Positions 6,527-6,599 of a stretch of DNA of 6,599 nucleotides are shown here, piece by piece. Location: the NCBI RefSeq assembly GCF_001945605.1, contig NZ_MPKA01000040.1, forward strand, positions 1 through 6,599, in the 5' to 3' direction. The position numbers and the translations under genes were made by a program. Origin of the DNA: Dubosiella newyorkensis. Lineage in GTDB: Bacteria; Bacillota_I; Bacilli_A; Erysipelotrichales; Erysipelotrichaceae. Under the pieces are notes generated by a model. It was not told the DNA's origin and searched no databases. It was given only the letters and a program-made list of their open reading frames with translations. Each line of letters starts with the position of its first letter. Positions within the stretch are counted from its first letter, which is position 1.

Positions 6527-6599
6527 TTAACACTTAAACAATAAAGCGTTTCAATAATAAAGATAGATAGAAAGAAGTGTATCTCTATGAATCCAGCTT

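Noticed and set aside
6585-6599. Either a plus-strand start (ATG 6587, MNPA...) or the last four codons plus stop of a minus-strand gene (...KLDS*, TAG at 6585-6587) at the right edge
   Set aside because: Only 13-15 nt are visible and both readings are possible. The SD for the plus-strand ATG (agaaagaag) is weak. I did not annotate it, but it matters for the split-helicase question.
1-6599. Search for a CRISPR array, tRNA/rRNA, transposase or IS ends, or flanking direct repeats marking a mobile cassette
   Set aside because: I saw no spacer-repeat periodicity, no cloverleaf-capable segment in the short intergenic regions and no transposase-like ORF. Only trivial 7-mer matches (for example AATCATT) are shared between the two flanks.

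Overview
This AT-rich window looks like low-GC Gram-positive (Bacillota) DNA. That is inferred from composition, sigma-A-like promoter hexamers and a hairpin/T-tract terminator. It is almost entirely filled by one two-gene operon on the minus strand. Gene 1 (3540..6419, 959 aa) carries the C-terminal half of an SF2 helicase: a RecA2 lobe with FSDSRQ, STTFEMGVDLG and QRAGRAGR motifs. This is fused to a DUF1998/MrfA-type zinc-binding domain with several CxxC pairs and a terminal CYRCLRTYRN tail. It has no RecA1 lobe, meaning no Walker A and no DExH/DEAD, and the DNA upstream of its ATG is non-coding. Gene 2 (298..3567, 1089 aa) overlaps gene 1, possibly through an ATGA stop/start junction. It is a large protein with no motif I can recognise. 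It begins with about 4.5 tandem copies of a ~43-aa repeat (EG-hhh-x-G-Y-L-x-x-H-E-x-x-x-P), followed by a helical aromatic-rich middle and a long beta-strand-like C-terminal region. A sigma-A-like promoter (6480..6508) and an intrinsic terminator (46..100) bracket the pair. My main hypothesis is an uncharacterised defence-type module built on a DUF1998 helicase. It would be related by domain content to Druantia DruE, DISARM DrmA/DrmB and MrfA, but with a motor-less helicase half and an orphan repeat protein. All domain calls rest on motif recognition by eye, with no database search. I found no rRNA, tRNA, CRISPR array or transposase.
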